DNA of 64,000 nt from Rhodospirillaceae bacterium (GTDB lineage: Bacteria > Pseudomonadota > Alphaproteobacteria > Rhodospirillales > UBA2165), in NCBI GenBank assembly GCA_018674495.1, contig JABHAA010000152.1:198-64197 (forward strand). The letters are read 5' to 3'. A program made the translations under genes and the position numbers. Positions 49,891-60,853 of this stretch are shown here, piece after piece. Every line of letters starts with the position of its first letter. Position 1 is the first letter of the stretch. The notes beneath the pieces are model-generated. The model did no database searches, was not told the DNA's origin, and saw only the letters and a list, made by a program, of their open reading frames with translations.

Positions 49891-51162
49891 ATGCTTTCAC
49901 GGGAAGACAATGAACGAATTACGCGCGTCGGACCCGGCACGCCAATGGGCGAAATGCTGCGCGAATTGTGGACACCGGCCTGCCGGTCGGAAGCGCTGGA
50001 AGTGGATGGCGCGCCGGAGCGGGTGCGCCTCCTGGGTGAAAATTTTGTCGCCTTCCGGGCCACCGACGGACGTCTGGGGTTCCTCAACGAAGGATGCCCG
50101 CACCGATGCGCATCGCTGGCATTGGCGCGCAACGAAGAAAACGGGCTGCGTTGTATTTTCCATGGCTGGAAATTCAATGTCGATGGCGTCTGTGTCGATG
50201 CGCCGACCGAACCGGCCGACAAGCGCGAAGCCTTTGCCGCCAAGGTGCCGGTCAAATCCTATCCGGTCCGCGAAGCCGGCGGCATGGTCTGGGTCTATCT
50301 CGGCCGCCGCGAAGCGCCGCCGCCGTTCTATGATTTCGAGTTTCATACACCGCCGGCGGAATCGCTGCTGCGTTGCGCCGTGGTGCACGGCAACTGGCTG
50401 CAAGGGGTCGAAGGACAGTTGGATTCGGCGCATCTGAATTTCCTGCATTCAACCTCGGCGCCCAGCCGCGGCACCGCCGTCCGTTCCATGATCCAAGACG
50501 GCTCCGAGCCGCGCTTTGAATTTATTGACACAGAATACGGATTTCGCGAAGCGGCGCTCCGCGATTTGCCCGACGGCTCGGTCTATGCCCGTATCCGCGA
50601 GGTTGTCGCCCCCTATTACTCGTTCATTCCCGGCGCCGACGGGCAACCGCGGTTTGTCGTGGTGATCGTCCCCATCGATGATGAATGGAGCGCCCATTGG
50701 TACTATTACCTCAATCCCTTTGGCCCGGTGCCGGATTGGTACAGAAATACCGCACTCGACCGGTCGGGCCCGGATGATAATGACTTTGCCGCCGACCGGG
50801 GCAGCGTTTCTACCATCTGGAACCAGGACCGAGACGCCATGAAGAAAGGCCATTGGAGCGGCTTGATGCAAAATTTTGTCTACGAGGATTTCATTGTCGA
50901 GGAATCCATGGGGCCCATCGCCGATCGCAGCCAGGAATATCTCGGCTCCAGCGACAGCGTCATCACGCGGTTCCGCAAATTCCTATTCGAGGCGTTGAAA
51001 AATCATGCGCGCGGTGAACTGCCGTTTGGTCTTGGCAGTGATGTGGATTACAGCGCCATCCGTGCCCTCGCAATCCGCTATCCGGGGAACGAAGATTGGC
51101 GCGATATCGACCTGTTCGATCCGCCGGACTATGCGTTTCAGGATATCGACGCCGCCGAATAA
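49891..51162 (+). CDS. Rieske [2Fe-2S] non-haem iron oxygenase, alpha-subunit-like
   Basis: Rieske motif CPHRCASL...CIFHGWKF, a downstream catalytic domain with NWLQGVEGQLDSAHLNFLH, and AGGAAC upstream of the ATG. Confidence 0.85.
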   Translation: MLSREDNERITRVGPGTPMGEMLRELWTPACRSEALEVDGAPERVRLLGENFVAFRATDGRLGFLNEGCPHRCASLALARNEENGLRCIFHGWKFNVDGVCVDAPTEPADKREAFAAKVPVKSYPVREAGGMVWVYLGRREAPPPFYDFEFHTPPAESLLRCAVVHGNWLQGVEGQLDSAHLNFLHSTSAPSRGTAVRSMIQDGSEPRFEFIDTEYGFREAALRDLPDGSVYARIREVVAPYYSFIPGADGQPRFVVVIVPIDDEWSAHWYYYLNPFGPVPDWYRNTALDRSGPDDNDFAADRGSVSTIWNQDRDAMKKGHWSGLMQNFVYEDFIVEESMGPIADRSQEYLGSSDSVITRFRKFLFEALKNHARGELPFGLGSDVDYSAIRALAIRYPGNEDWRDIDLFDPPDYAFQDIDAAE

Positions 51163-51347
51163 GGCCGCTTTAACATACTTGACTAATGCACTGCGGAATG
51201 GTCACATAAGGGCAAGTGCGAATGATTTGCATTATTTGCATGGTCGTGGCGGCGGCTTCGTTCCGATGCGCAAGCTGACGAATGTTGCCAATTCCGCGGC
51301 TTGGTGAAGCGGCGTAACCCCCCCCCTCGCCGCCGAAACCGGATTAC

Positions 51348-51390
51348 GGGAGAAGCGAACTTCAGCGGATCGCTTCTCCCGTTTTATCTT
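51348..51390 (+). terminator. Rho-independent terminator
   Basis: 11-bp perfect stem GGGAGAAGCGA / TCGCTTCTCCC with an 11-nt loop, followed by GTTTTATCTTT. Confidence 0.65.
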
Positions 51391-51462
51391 TACCGGCACG
51401 GTCGGCGGCTCTGGCCAAACGGGGGCCAAATAGGCGTTGCATGGACTGGGGACCGGGCGTAG

Positions 51463-52704
<1,242 letters not shown>

Positions 52705-52833
52705 GACGGACAGATTACATTAGGACGGCACGCGGCGGGCAAAGTAACTCTTGAATCCCTCGGTCAACGGCGTACCTTTATTGTCTTCAGGTGATATCCG
52801 GCTTTGCATTTTGCCAGGATAAACCAGAAAGAC

Positions 52834-54885
52834 ATGGATCGATCGATCCGGGAGGGAATTTTGGCCGCTAGAGAAACTTCCACACCCCGTTGCGCCGCGA
52901 TCGTTGGCCCCTATTTGTCGGGCAAGACATCGCTTCTGGAAAGCCTACTCAACGCCTGCGGCGCGCTGTCGCGCAAAGGTAGCGTCGGCGCCGGCAACAC
53001 GGTCGGCGATTCCTCACCTGAAGCCCGCGCCCGCAGTATGAGCGTCGAGATCAACATCGCCTCGGCCGAATATCTGGGCGAGGATTGGACCTTTATCGAT
53101 TGCCCGGGTTCGATCGAGCTGGCCCAGGATGCGCTCAACGTCATCGCCATTGCCGATATCGCGGTTTTGGTGGTCGAGCCAGGCGCCGAAAAAGCCATCG
53201 CCGCCACCCGCGCAATGAAGGAACTGGACCGGGCCGGCCTGCCCTACATCCTATTTATCAACAAAATGGATGGCATCGAGGCCCGGGTCAAAGCCACCTT
53301 GGAAGCGCTACAAGGGCTCACCGAGCGGCCGCTGGTGCTGCGCGAGATTCCAATCCGCGAGGGCGACGATGTTACCGGGCATGTGGATCTGGTCTCCGAG
53401 CGCGCCTATAAATGGTCGGGCAGCGGCAAATCCGATTTGATCGAAGTCCCCGGTGAATTGAGCGGACGGACCGGGGAAGAACGCACTCTGCTATTGGAAA
53501 CCCTGGCCGATTTCAATGACGAGCTGCTCGAACAATTGCTCGAAGACGTGATGCCGGGCACCGAAGACGTATACCAAAATTTGGGCAAGGATTTACAGGA
53601 CGGCGCCATCGTACCGGTCTTTTTTGGCTCCGCCGAAAATGAAAGCGGCATCATGCGGCTGATGAAAGCGCTGCGCCACGAAGCGCCGGAAGTGGCCCAG
53701 ACGGCGGACCGGCAGGGCATCGAGCCTGAAGGCGATGTGCTGGCCCAGGCCTTCAAAATTTATAACGGCGCCACATCCGGAAAACTGACCTTCGTTCGCT
53801 TCTGGCGGGGTGAGTTCACTGACGGCGGCAGCCTCAACGGCTCCCGGGTCAGCGGCATATTCAAAATGATGGGCTTGGCGCAGAACAAGATCTCCAGCGC
53901 CCGCGCCGGTGATGTTGTCGCCCTTGGCCGGGTCGAAGATGTCAAAGCCGGCGATGCCTTGTCGGCGTCTATCGGTGCCGAGGCCGCTCCCTGGCCGGAG
54001 CGGATTACCCCCGTCTACGCGCTGTCCATCCATGCTGGCAACCGCGACGACGAAGTGAAAATGGCAACCGCCATGGCGAAAATCATCGAAGAAGATACCT
54101 CGCTGGTTTATGGGCCGAACCCGGACACATCCGAGCAGGTCATTCGCGGCCAGGGCGAAACCCATATCCGCATAGCCTTGGAAAGACTGGCCAACCGCAA
54201 CAAGCTGGAGGTCGAAACGCAACTGCCGCAGGTGGCGTATAAGGAATCGATCCGAAAGCACATATCCCAACACGCACGCCACAAAAAACAATCAGGCGGC
54301 CACGGCCAGTTCGGCGATGTGCATGTGGAGATCAAACCGCTGCCGCGCGGCTCTGGTTTCCAGTTTACCGATTCCATCTCCGGCGGCGTCGTGCCGAAGC
54401 AATATATTCCCGCCGTCGAACATGGGGTGAAGGATTTTTTGGTACGCGGACCTTTGGGCTTCCCGGTGGTCGATGTTTCGGTGGAATTAACCGACGGCCA
54501 GTTTCACGCGGTGGATTCCTCCGATCAGGCATTCAAGACAGCGGGCTCGCTGGCCATGCGCGAAGGCATGCCCAAATGCTCGCCGGTATTGTTGGAGCCG
54601 ATCCTCGAAATCTGCATATCGGTACCGACGGAATTCACATCGAAGGCGCAACGCTTGATCAGCGGCCGGCGCGGCCAGATTTTGGGGTTCGAGCCGAAAG
54701 ACGGCTGGACCGGATGGGACGAAGTGTCAGCGCATATGCCGGAATCGGAAACCCTCGATCTGATCAACGAGTTACGCTCGCTCAGCCAGGGCATCGCTTC
54801 GTTCGATTATAAATTTGACCGCTTGCAGGAATTCTCCGGCAAGGAAGCCGACGACGTGGTCGCGCACCGCGCCGGAGCTAACTGA
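52834..54885 (+). CDS. Elongation factor G-like GTPase paralogue
   Basis: The ATG at 52834 gives about 683 aa. G motifs are GPYLSGKTS, DCPGS and NKMD. EF-G domains II-V are recognisable (HKKQSGGHGQFGDVHVEIKP). It is not in a str-operon context. Confidence 0.8.
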   Translation: MDRSIREGILAARETSTPRCAAIVGPYLSGKTSLLESLLNACGALSRKGSVGAGNTVGDSSPEARARSMSVEINIASAEYLGEDWTFIDCPGSIELAQDALNVIAIADIAVLVVEPGAEKAIAATRAMKELDRAGLPYILFINKMDGIEARVKATLEALQGLTERPLVLREIPIREGDDVTGHVDLVSERAYKWSGSGKSDLIEVPGELSGRTGEERTLLLETLADFNDELLEQLLEDVMPGTEDVYQNLGKDLQDGAIVPVFFGSAENESGIMRLMKALRHEAPEVAQTADRQGIEPEGDVLAQAFKIYNGATSGKLTFVRFWRGEFTDGGSLNGSRVSGIFKMMGLAQNKISSARAGDVVALGRVEDVKAGDALSASIGAEAAPWPERITPVYALSIHAGNRDDEVKMATAMAKIIEEDTSLVYGPNPDTSEQVIRGQGETHIRIALERLANRNKLEVETQLPQVAYKESIRKHISQHARHKKQSGGHGQFGDVHVEIKPLPRGSGFQFTDSISGGVVPKQYIPAVEHGVKDFLVRGPLGFPVVDVSVELTDGQFHAVDSSDQAFKTAGSLAMREGMPKCSPVLLEPILEICISVPTEFTSKAQRLISGRRGQILGFEPKDGWTGWDEVSAHMPESETLDLINELRSLSQGIASFDYKFDRLQEFSGKEADDVVAHRAGAN

Positions 54886-54993
54886 ACCCTGGCGGAAAGC
54901 CCAATATGTCCGAACAGTTTGTAGCCGCCGCGGCCCCCATTATTTTGGTGCCGACCGGTTCGAGCGCGCCGCCCGCAATATGCTGGCGCTAAG

Positions 54994-55440
54994 CTAGTCC
55001 CATTTGGCGGCGGCTTCGTCGTCGGAGGCGCGAGCCGCGACCCAGCGGGTCTCGCCGGCGGCTTCTTCCGACTTCCAGAACGGCGCCTTGGTCTTCAGCC
55101 AATCGATTAGAAATTCCGCGGCCTCGATAGCCGCCTTACGGTGCGCCGACGCGGTTAGCACCAGCACTATCTGGTCGCCCGGTACCAGGCGTCCAATGCG
55201 ATGGATGATGACCACGTCTTCGAGCGGCCAACGCTCCCGCGCCTCGCCTTCGATGCTGGCCAGCTCTTTTTCGGTCATGCCGGGATAATGTTCCAGGGTC
55301 ATGGCGATGATTTGCTGAGGCCCCGCGCCCTCCCGTACTACACCGATAAAGGAACAAAGGCCGCCGGCATCGCCCGAGCGTTCGCGCGATGCGGCAATCT
55401 CAGCGCCGGCGTCGAAGTCCTGGCTCTGTACCCGGATCAA
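54994..55440 (-). CDS. moaE: Molybdopterin synthase catalytic subunit
   Basis: 148 aa from a TTG start overlapping the moaD stop. GAVCSF-like GGLCSFIGVVR and LEHYPGM motifs. Confidence 0.9.
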   Translation of the reverse strand: MIRVQSQDFDAGAEIAASRERSGDAGGLCSFIGVVREGAGPQQIIAMTLEHYPGMTEKELASIEGEARERWPLEDVVIIHRIGRLVPGDQIVLVLTASAHRKAAIEAAEFLIDWLKTKAPFWKSEEAAGETRWVAARASDDEAAAKWD

Positions 55441-55694
55441 TGGGCGCCTCCCGTTACCGGCGGGAAGAACGCCACCTCGTCGCCGTTCTCAAGCGGGTGC
55501 GACAATTCCACATGCACTTGATTAACCGCCGTCCGCACCACCGCCATTTCGGTGAAGGCGCCTTCAAACCCGCCGCCACGTGTTTTCATCCATTCGATGA
55601 GCCCGGCCACGTCCCCGACACCGGCGGGCAGTTCCACTTCTTCTTCGGCAATGCCGGTACGTTCCCGCATCCACGCAAAATACAACACCTTCAT
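55437..55694 (-). CDS. moaD: Molybdopterin synthase sulfur-carrier subunit
   Basis: 85 aa with a ThiS/MoaD fold pattern ending ...GDEVAFFPPVTGGAH, which is Gly-Gly followed by two extra residues. Confidence 0.85.
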   Translation of the reverse strand: MKVLYFAWMRERTGIAEEEVELPAGVGDVAGLIEWMKTRGGGFEGAFTEMAVVRTAVNQVHVELSHPLENGDEVAFFPPVTGGAH

Positions 55695-56974
55695 CAGCTC
55701 ATCACCTCGTTGAACGACAGGAAATCCACCAGCTCGCCCTGGCGCACGGATGTCAAATCCTCGTCCAGTTCGACCAAGCCGTCGGCGGCAACCAGAGACG
55801 ATATGATGCCCGAGCCGTCTTCGGAATATTTGTTGGCGGTAAGCACGCCGCTATCGCTATGTGCCAGGGATGCCCGCAGCCATTCCCGGCGGCCTGGTTT
55901 TTTTTCAAAATCAAAGCCGGCTGCAACCTTGAACAGAGACGGCTCACTGGCGCCAGCTCCGGCCAGTAGCAAAACAATGGGGCGCGCAATCTTCAAAAAC
56001 GTGACCATTACCGCCACCGGATTGCCGGGAAGACCCACGAATGGCGTCTTGGCGGCGGACGCCTCCACATAACCGAGGGCCACCGGGCGCCCCGGCTTGA
56101 TGGCCAGGTTCCAAAAATTGACCGCGCCCAGGGCTTCGACCGAAGCGCGCACATGATCTTCTTCGCCCTTGGAGACGCCGCCGGATGTCATCAACAAATC
56201 ATGGTCTTGCGCTGCCGCTTTGAGCGCGCCTTCTATGGTGGCGCGGTCATCGGGAAAGATACCGAGGTCATGCACCTCGCAGCCCAATCGTTCCAACATG
56301 GCCATGATGGCGAAGCGGTTGGCATCGTAGATACAGCCCGCATCCAGTGGCGTGCCCGGCTCGCGCACTTCGTCGCCGGTGGAAAACACTGCCGCCTTGA
56401 GACGCCGGTAGACTGGAATATCGCTTAAGCCCAGGGACGCTGCCATGGCGATATCGGGCGGGCGAAGGCGCGCACCGGCGCGCAGCACAACGGTGCCGGC
56501 CTTAACGTCCTCACCGGCACGGCGAAGATTGGCGCCGCGCTTGATACCCGCCGGCAGGGTCACGGAATTCTCGGTAACCTGGCAATCTTCGACCATGAAT
56601 ATGGTGTCCGGGCCGGAGCCGTTTTTGCCCGTCGGCACCGGTGCGCCGGTGAATATCTGCAAGGCTTCTCCCGGCTTTGCAGGCCTGTCCAAAGGGTGCC
56701 CGGCGGCGATGCGCCCGGCGATGGGCAGCGTGGTTTCGCCCTCCTCCGCCAGATCACCGAAATAGACAACATAGCCATCGACGGCGGAGTTATCGCTGGG
56801 CGGGGTATCGAGGTGGGCGGTGATATCGGCGCTCAAAATGCGGCCATGGGCTTCGGCGGTGGGCGTCAATTCGGTGTCGGCGGCGGGGCCGATGCCGTTC
56901 GCAAACCGGCGCACCGCTTCGCCGACGGTAAGCCGTTCATCGTCGCTTCTAAAGCAATCGTCCAGATCGTTCAT
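55694..56974 (-). CDS. moeA: Molybdopterin molybdotransferase
   Basis: 426 aa with SAVDGYVV, STGDEV, LMTSGGVSKGEEDH and GLPGNPVA motifs. Confidence 0.9.
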   Translation of the reverse strand: MNDLDDCFRSDDERLTVGEAVRRFANGIGPAADTELTPTAEAHGRILSADITAHLDTPPSDNSAVDGYVVYFGDLAEEGETTLPIAGRIAAGHPLDRPAKPGEALQIFTGAPVPTGKNGSGPDTIFMVEDCQVTENSVTLPAGIKRGANLRRAGEDVKAGTVVLRAGARLRPPDIAMAASLGLSDIPVYRRLKAAVFSTGDEVREPGTPLDAGCIYDANRFAIMAMLERLGCEVHDLGIFPDDRATIEGALKAAAQDHDLLMTSGGVSKGEEDHVRASVEALGAVNFWNLAIKPGRPVALGYVEASAAKTPFVGLPGNPVAVMVTFLKIARPIVLLLAGAGASEPSLFKVAAGFDFEKKPGRREWLRASLAHSDSGVLTANKYSEDGSGIISSLVAADGLVELDEDLTSVRQGELVDFLSFNEVMS

Positions 56975-56977
56975 GGC

Positions 56978-57481
56978 TCACAAAGCCTTTATCTGGCACT
57001 GATCGAGGATGAAATCGGCGATCCCGGCGATGTCGTCCACATCCATCACCGGCACCTGCATTCCGCCCAGCGTCACGTTCGATGCGATGGCGCGGATGGT
57101 GGAGTCATCGGGCTGTAGCAAGGGCTTGCCCACGGACGGACGGTGCACTTCCAGCTTAGCGTGGTCTTCCCATTTGAAACCCTCAACCAGATGCAGGTCC
57201 ACCGGCTCCATGTGGGAGATTAATTCCGGCAGGCTCGGTTCCGGCGCGCCGCGCAATTCGTGCATCAGCGCCCAACGGGTTTTTGAGCCGATGATCACTT
57301 CGGTGGCGCCCGACATCCGGTGGACAAAGGAATCCTTGCCCGGCTTGTCGATATCAAATTCGTGGTGGGCGTGCTTGACCGTGGAAACGCTGATGCCGCG
57401 CTTGGTCAATTCCGGCAACAGATTAACAATCAGCGTTGTTTTGCCGCTGCCGCTCCAACCGGCGATGCCAAATATATTCAT
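56978..57481 (-). CDS. mobB: Molybdopterin-guanine dinucleotide biosynthesis adapter protein
   Basis: 167 aa with the P-loop GWSGSGKTTL, VSTVKHAHH and DKPGKDS. Confidence 0.88.
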   Translation of the reverse strand: MNIFGIAGWSGSGKTTLIVNLLPELTKRGISVSTVKHAHHEFDIDKPGKDSFVHRMSGATEVIIGSKTRWALMHELRGAPEPSLPELISHMEPVDLHLVEGFKWEDHAKLEVHRPSVGKPLLQPDDSTIRAIASNVTLGGMQVPVMDVDDIAGIADFILDQCQIKAL

Positions 57482-58095
57482 TCCGGCGCCCCGCCGGCAT
57501 CGCCCGGCGCGTCTTTGGCGCGGTCCGGGTTATCGAGCTTGTCCACATGGCGGATGCCGCCACGCAAATAATCATAACCGGTGATCAGGGTCAAAATGGC
57601 GGCGATCCAAAGCCCAATGACGCCGATCTCGGTGGTCGTGAACGGCCCGAACTGTGGCCCGGCGGGCCCCACCAGCAGAAATCCAAGCATCAGCATTTGC
57701 AAGGTAGTCTTCCACTGGGCCAGCCGGCTGACCGGCACGCTAACCTGGGTCTCGGCAAGAAATTCGCGCAGGCCCGACACCAAAATTTCCCGGCAAAGGA
57801 TGACCACGGCGGGCAACACGGCGATGCCGGGAACCCGCCCGAAGGCCACCAACATCAACAGAAGTGCCGACACCAGCAGCTTGTCGGCGATCGGGTCCAG
57901 GAATTTTCCGAAAAAAGATTGCTGGTGCCAGGCGCGGGCGAAATATCCGTCGAAAAAATCGGTGACGCCGGCGAACGCCAATATGCCCAGACCCAGCCAG
58001 TTGCCGAACGGCCCTTGGATATAAAAGGTCGCGATCAACAGAGGAATCGCTCCGATGCGCGACAGGGTCAGGATATTGGGCAGATTGGTCAGCAT
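57478..58095 (-). CDS. pgsA: CDP-diacylglycerol--glycerol-3-phosphate 3-phosphatidyltransferase
   Basis: 205 aa with NILTLSRI and the CDP-alcohol phosphatidyltransferase motif DFFDGYFAR...G..LDPIADK. It overlaps the mobB start by 4 nt. Confidence 0.9.
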   Translation of the reverse strand: MLTNLPNILTLSRIGAIPLLIATFYIQGPFGNWLGLGILAFAGVTDFFDGYFARAWHQQSFFGKFLDPIADKLLVSALLLMLVAFGRVPGIAVLPAVVILCREILVSGLREFLAETQVSVPVSRLAQWKTTLQMLMLGFLLVGPAGPQFGPFTTTEIGVIGLWIAAILTLITGYDYLRGGIRHVDKLDNPDRAKDAPGDAGGAPE

Positions 58096-58140
58096 TGTCC
58101 GATTTTTTCTCTTAACGTCCTGTTCTCAGAACCAATTGCC

Positions 58141-60045
58141 TCATTCGTCGGGATGAAACCAGCCATAAATGCGCCCGGCAAGCGCCTTGGAGATGCCGTC
58201 GACCGCTTCCAGATCGATCAGACCGGCTTGCGATACCGCCCGCGCCGATCCGAAGTGATGCAGCAAGGACTTCTTGCGCGCACCGCCAACGCCTTGAATC
58301 TCATCCAGCGGCGAGCGCTCGATCTGTTTGGCCCGCTTTGAGCGGTGCGTGCCGATGGCAAAACGGTGCGCCTCGTCGCGGAGCCTCTGCAAAAAGTACA
58401 GGACCGGATCGCGGCTGTCCAAACGAAACGCACTTCGCCCCGGCAGGTGAAACTGCTCGCGTCCGGCGTCCCGGTCCGGGCCTTTGGAGATGGCGGCGAA
58501 CGGCACGTCCGATATGCCCAACTCGGAGAACACCTCGGCGGCCACCGAAAGATGGCCGGCGCCGCCGTCGATCAGTACCAAACCGGGCCAGCCGGCACCT
58601 AACCGTTCCGGGTCTTCGTCCAACGAGCGGGCAAAGCGCCTGGTCAGAACCTCGCGCATCATGGCGTAATCGTCGCCCGGCTCAATCGCCGTATTCTTGA
58701 TATTATATTTGCGGTAGGCGTTTTTGACCATGCCTTCGGGGCCGGCGACGATCATCCCGCCGACCGCGTTGGTGCCCGATATATGACTGTTATCGTAAAC
58801 TTCAATGCGCTCGGGCGCCCCTTCCAATTCGAACCGCTCGGCCAGTTTTTCCAAAAGCATGCGCTGTGAGGCGCTTTCCACCAGACGGCGGCCAAGGGCT
58901 TGTTCGGCATTGACCAGGGCCATGCCGATCATCGCCCGTTTACGCCCTCTGGTCGGCACTTCGATCTTCACGCTGCGCCCGGCACGATCGGTCAGCGCCG
59001 CAGTCATCACCACCGGCTCGGTCAATTTATGGCTGAGGAGGATCAGCCGGGGCGGCGTTTTATTGGAATAAAATTGGCCCAGGAACGCCTCTATAATCTG
59101 TTCCGGCTCGGCATCGGCAGCGTGCGCCGGGTAATAGGCCCGGTTGCCGTAGTTGGAGCCGCCGCGAATAAAAAATACCTGGATGCAAGCTTGGCCGCCG
59201 GCGCTGTGCAAGGCCACCAGATCGGCCTCGTTCACATTCGCCGAATTGATGTCCTGGCGCGCCTGGATGGTGGTCATGGCGCGAATGCGGTCGCGCAAAA
59301 TAGCGGCTTTTTCAAACTCCAGATTGTCGCTGGCCGATTGCATCTGCGCGGCCAGACGTTCCTGTATGGCTTTCGATTTTCCGGTCAGGAACTGGCGCGC
59401 CTGATCGACCAACTCGCCATATTCGTCGGCCCCGGCGCCGCCGACGCAGGGCGCCGCGCAGCGCTTGATCTGATGCAATAGACAGGGCCGGGTGCGCGCC
59501 TCGAACACCGCGTTGGTGCAGGTGCGCAAGAGAAACGCCCGCTGCAAGACCGCCAGCGATTGATTGACCGCCCCGGCCGAGGCGAAGGGGCCGAAATATT
59601 GGCCGTCCCGGTTGCGCGCCCCCCGGTATTTCAGCACTTGCGGAAAATCATGATCACCGGTTACCAGAATATAGGGAAACGACTTATCGTCGCGCAGCAG
59701 GATATTGTAATGGGGCGCCAGACGCTTGATCAGGTTGGCTTCTAAAAGCAGCGCCTCGGCTTCGGTATGGGTGGTGACGAACTCCATTGCCCGGGTGCGA
59801 TTGATCATGCGGGCGATGCGCAGGCCCTGGCGATTGAGGTTGGTATAGTTGGCGACCCGCTTTTTCAGGTTTTTCGCCTTGCCCACATAGAGCACCTGAT
59901 CCTCGGCGCTGATCATGCGGTAAACGCCGGGCGAGCCGGGCAATGTCTTGAGCGCCGCGCGAATTGCCGCGACGCCAGCATTCTCTGCCGCCACGGCGGA
60001 GGCGGCCGGCTTCGCGGGTTGGTTTGCAGTTTGTGCCTGGGACAT
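58141..60045 (-). CDS. uvrC: Excinuclease ABC subunit C
   Basis: 634 aa with an N-terminal GIY-YIG (GVYRM...VLYVGKAKNLKKR), a UVR domain (LEFEKAAILRDRIRAM), and C-terminal endonuclease plus HhH regions. Confidence 0.95.
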   Translation of the reverse strand: MSQAQTANQPAKPAASAVAAENAGVAAIRAALKTLPGSPGVYRMISAEDQVLYVGKAKNLKKRVANYTNLNRQGLRIARMINRTRAMEFVTTHTEAEALLLEANLIKRLAPHYNILLRDDKSFPYILVTGDHDFPQVLKYRGARNRDGQYFGPFASAGAVNQSLAVLQRAFLLRTCTNAVFEARTRPCLLHQIKRCAAPCVGGAGADEYGELVDQARQFLTGKSKAIQERLAAQMQSASDNLEFEKAAILRDRIRAMTTIQARQDINSANVNEADLVALHSAGGQACIQVFFIRGGSNYGNRAYYPAHAADAEPEQIIEAFLGQFYSNKTPPRLILLSHKLTEPVVMTAALTDRAGRSVKIEVPTRGRKRAMIGMALVNAEQALGRRLVESASQRMLLEKLAERFELEGAPERIEVYDNSHISGTNAVGGMIVAGPEGMVKNAYRKYNIKNTAIEPGDDYAMMREVLTRRFARSLDEDPERLGAGWPGLVLIDGGAGHLSVAAEVFSELGISDVPFAAISKGPDRDAGREQFHLPGRSAFRLDSRDPVLYFLQRLRDEAHRFAIGTHRSKRAKQIERSPLDEIQGVGGARKKSLLHHFGSARAVSQAGLIDLEAVDGISKALAGRIYGWFHPDE

Positions 60046-60393
60046 TTTGCTTACGCCGTTTTGCCGCGCGGTAAGCCTACAATGACAATAAAATGCCCGA
60101 TCACCAAGCTTGTGTATAAATATGTTGAAAACCGCAGCTTGAGTCTTCTATCCCCCGGAAAAATATAAACTTTTTGAATTTGCACAAATTTATGGCAACT
60201 ATTTCAAGCCGTTGAAAACAAACGATTTTAACCATTTGGCATGGAATGAGATTGTTACAGACTGAAACATGGCAAATACATTAGCAGATTGGGGTAATTA
60301 TTTTCGCCTGTGCACAAGTTGCCGAGCCGGGCACCGGTGAAAACCTAAAAATTGCAAGGGTTTGGCGCACGAACCGGCTGCAAAACATACAAT

Positions 60394-60810
60394 TTAACGG
60401 CTACGGATTCGCTCAATTTCGACGCCGGCGCTGGCCGCGTCTTCGAATACGTCCAACTTTTCGACGCGCACCCGCGCGGTTCGTACGCGCGCATCGCTCA
60501 GGCAAATTTCGGCGATATTTTCGGCCAGGGTTTCCACCAGATTGACGTGATCGGAGGCCACCAGATCGCGAATCCCGCCCGCCACGTCTTCGTAACAGAC
60601 CACGTCCTGCAACCGGTCGGAATGGGTGGAGGTTTCCTCGGAGACCGCCATATCCAAATTGATACGCACCCTTTGCGGCTTGTTCTGCTCATGCTTGTGC
60701 ACGCCGATCAGGCAATCGAGTACCAGATCACGGATAAATACATGGCGCACCGATTGCGCGGCGTCTGCCAAATCAAAGGCGTGGATCACGTTGGATTCGT
60801 TGGCGCTCAT
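60394..60810 (-). CDS. folB: Dihydroneopterin aldolase-family protein
   Basis: 138 aa. VFIRDLVLDCLIGVHKHEQNKPQRVRINLDMAV is a typical FolB pattern. Confidence 0.8.
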   Translation of the reverse strand: MSANESNVIHAFDLADAAQSVRHVFIRDLVLDCLIGVHKHEQNKPQRVRINLDMAVSEETSTHSDRLQDVVCYEDVAGGIRDLVASDHVNLVETLAENIAEICLSDARVRTARVRVEKLDVFEDAASAGVEIERIRSR

Positions 60811-60853
60811 AGCTGCGAGGTTCCAATCTTGGTCATACCGGCGCTGGCTTTGC

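Noticed and set aside
51222-51278. 18-codon hydrophobic mini-ORF as a type I toxin
   Set aside because: It is too short, has no SD and no visible antisense RNA partner. It is kept only as a detail inside the 51.2-kb finding.
60046-60393. AT-rich spacer as a possible replication origin
   Set aside because: I found no DnaA-box-like TTATCCACA / TGATCCACA sequences and no flanking hemE, dnaA or parAB-type genes.
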